Shown piece by piece: positions 13,871 through 14,034 of a stretch of DNA of 14,034 nt. The stretch lies in the NCBI GenBank assembly GCA_039091855.1, contig JAWCLA010000004.1:1-14034 (forward strand), in the 5' to 3' direction. Made by a program: the position numbers and the translations under genes. The notes below the pieces were generated by a model, which was not told the origin of the DNA, did no database searches, and was given only the letters and a program-made list of their open reading frames with translations. The stretch's first letter is position 1; the number at the start of each line of letters is the position of its first letter. This stretch comes from Candidatus Aenigmatarchaeota archaeon. GTDB taxonomy: Archaea > Aenigmatarchaeota > Aenigmatarchaeia > QMZP01.

Positions 13871-14034
13871 ATGCCCGAATCTCTTAACAAGCAGGAATGT
13901 CCGGCAGAAATCAGTGAAAGGAAATGGCCTGTTTTGGAGGGCAGGTACAAGGTCGGGAACCCAAAATCCCCAATAGCGATATGCACTATGTCCTCCGTGG
14001 ATATGGAATTCCCAATGGAAAAGATAGCGATAGC
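13871..14034 (+). CDS. mtrA: MtrA-like (tetrahydromethanopterin S-methyltransferase subunit A family) protein, truncated at the window edge
   Basis: Not in the ORF track. Hand translation gives MPESLNKQECPAEISERKWPVLEGRYKVGNPKSPIAICTMSSVDMEFPMEKIAIA..., which matches the MtrA N-terminal pattern WPxxxGxYxVGxPxSxVAVxTLxS...AIxG. TATA box lies 28 nt upstream. Confidence 0.8.
   Translation, partial: MPESLNKQECPAEISERKWPVLEGRYKVGNPKSPIAICTMSSVDMEFPMEKIAI

Noticed and set aside
13801-13986. 61-aa minus-strand ORF
   Set aside because: It is antisense to the MtrA-like frame and runs through the promoter palindrome.

Overview
Archaeal chromosomal region, probably from a DPANN-like lineage. That assignment is inferred from rps19e, Rpp21, NurA, a Methanococcus/Thermococcus-type S-layer protein, TATA-box promoters and a BHB-intron tRNA. 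Genes in order: ahcY, a COG2187-type phosphotransferase and its COG0645-type kinase partner encoded convergently, rps19e, S-layer protein, orphan nurA, a membrane-anchored winged-HTH protein, rnp4, csaA, YbaK/EbsC, a hypothetical gene, a small Cys-rich ORF coupled to the AmmeMemoRadiSam radical SAM gene, tRNA-Thr(CGU) with two introns (37/38 and 59/60), a lipoprotein, two small membrane proteins and the start of an MtrA-like gene that the ORF track misses. The most unusual signal is non-coding. A modular intergenic repeat family occurs at four loci (1-237, 7730-7948, 9448-9540, 13280-13373). It is built from a 13-bp core TTCGCCTTGTGAC plus GAAG-stem-3nt loop-stem-CTTC hairpins whose stems vary while staying paired. 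Modules are reshuffled between loci, one core supplies the csaA Shine-Dalgarno, and the tRNA anticodon-loop intron carries a hairpin of the same design. A helically phased TGCGCGAA array also lies between the S-layer and nurA genes. All product calls come from motif recognition by eye, with no database search.
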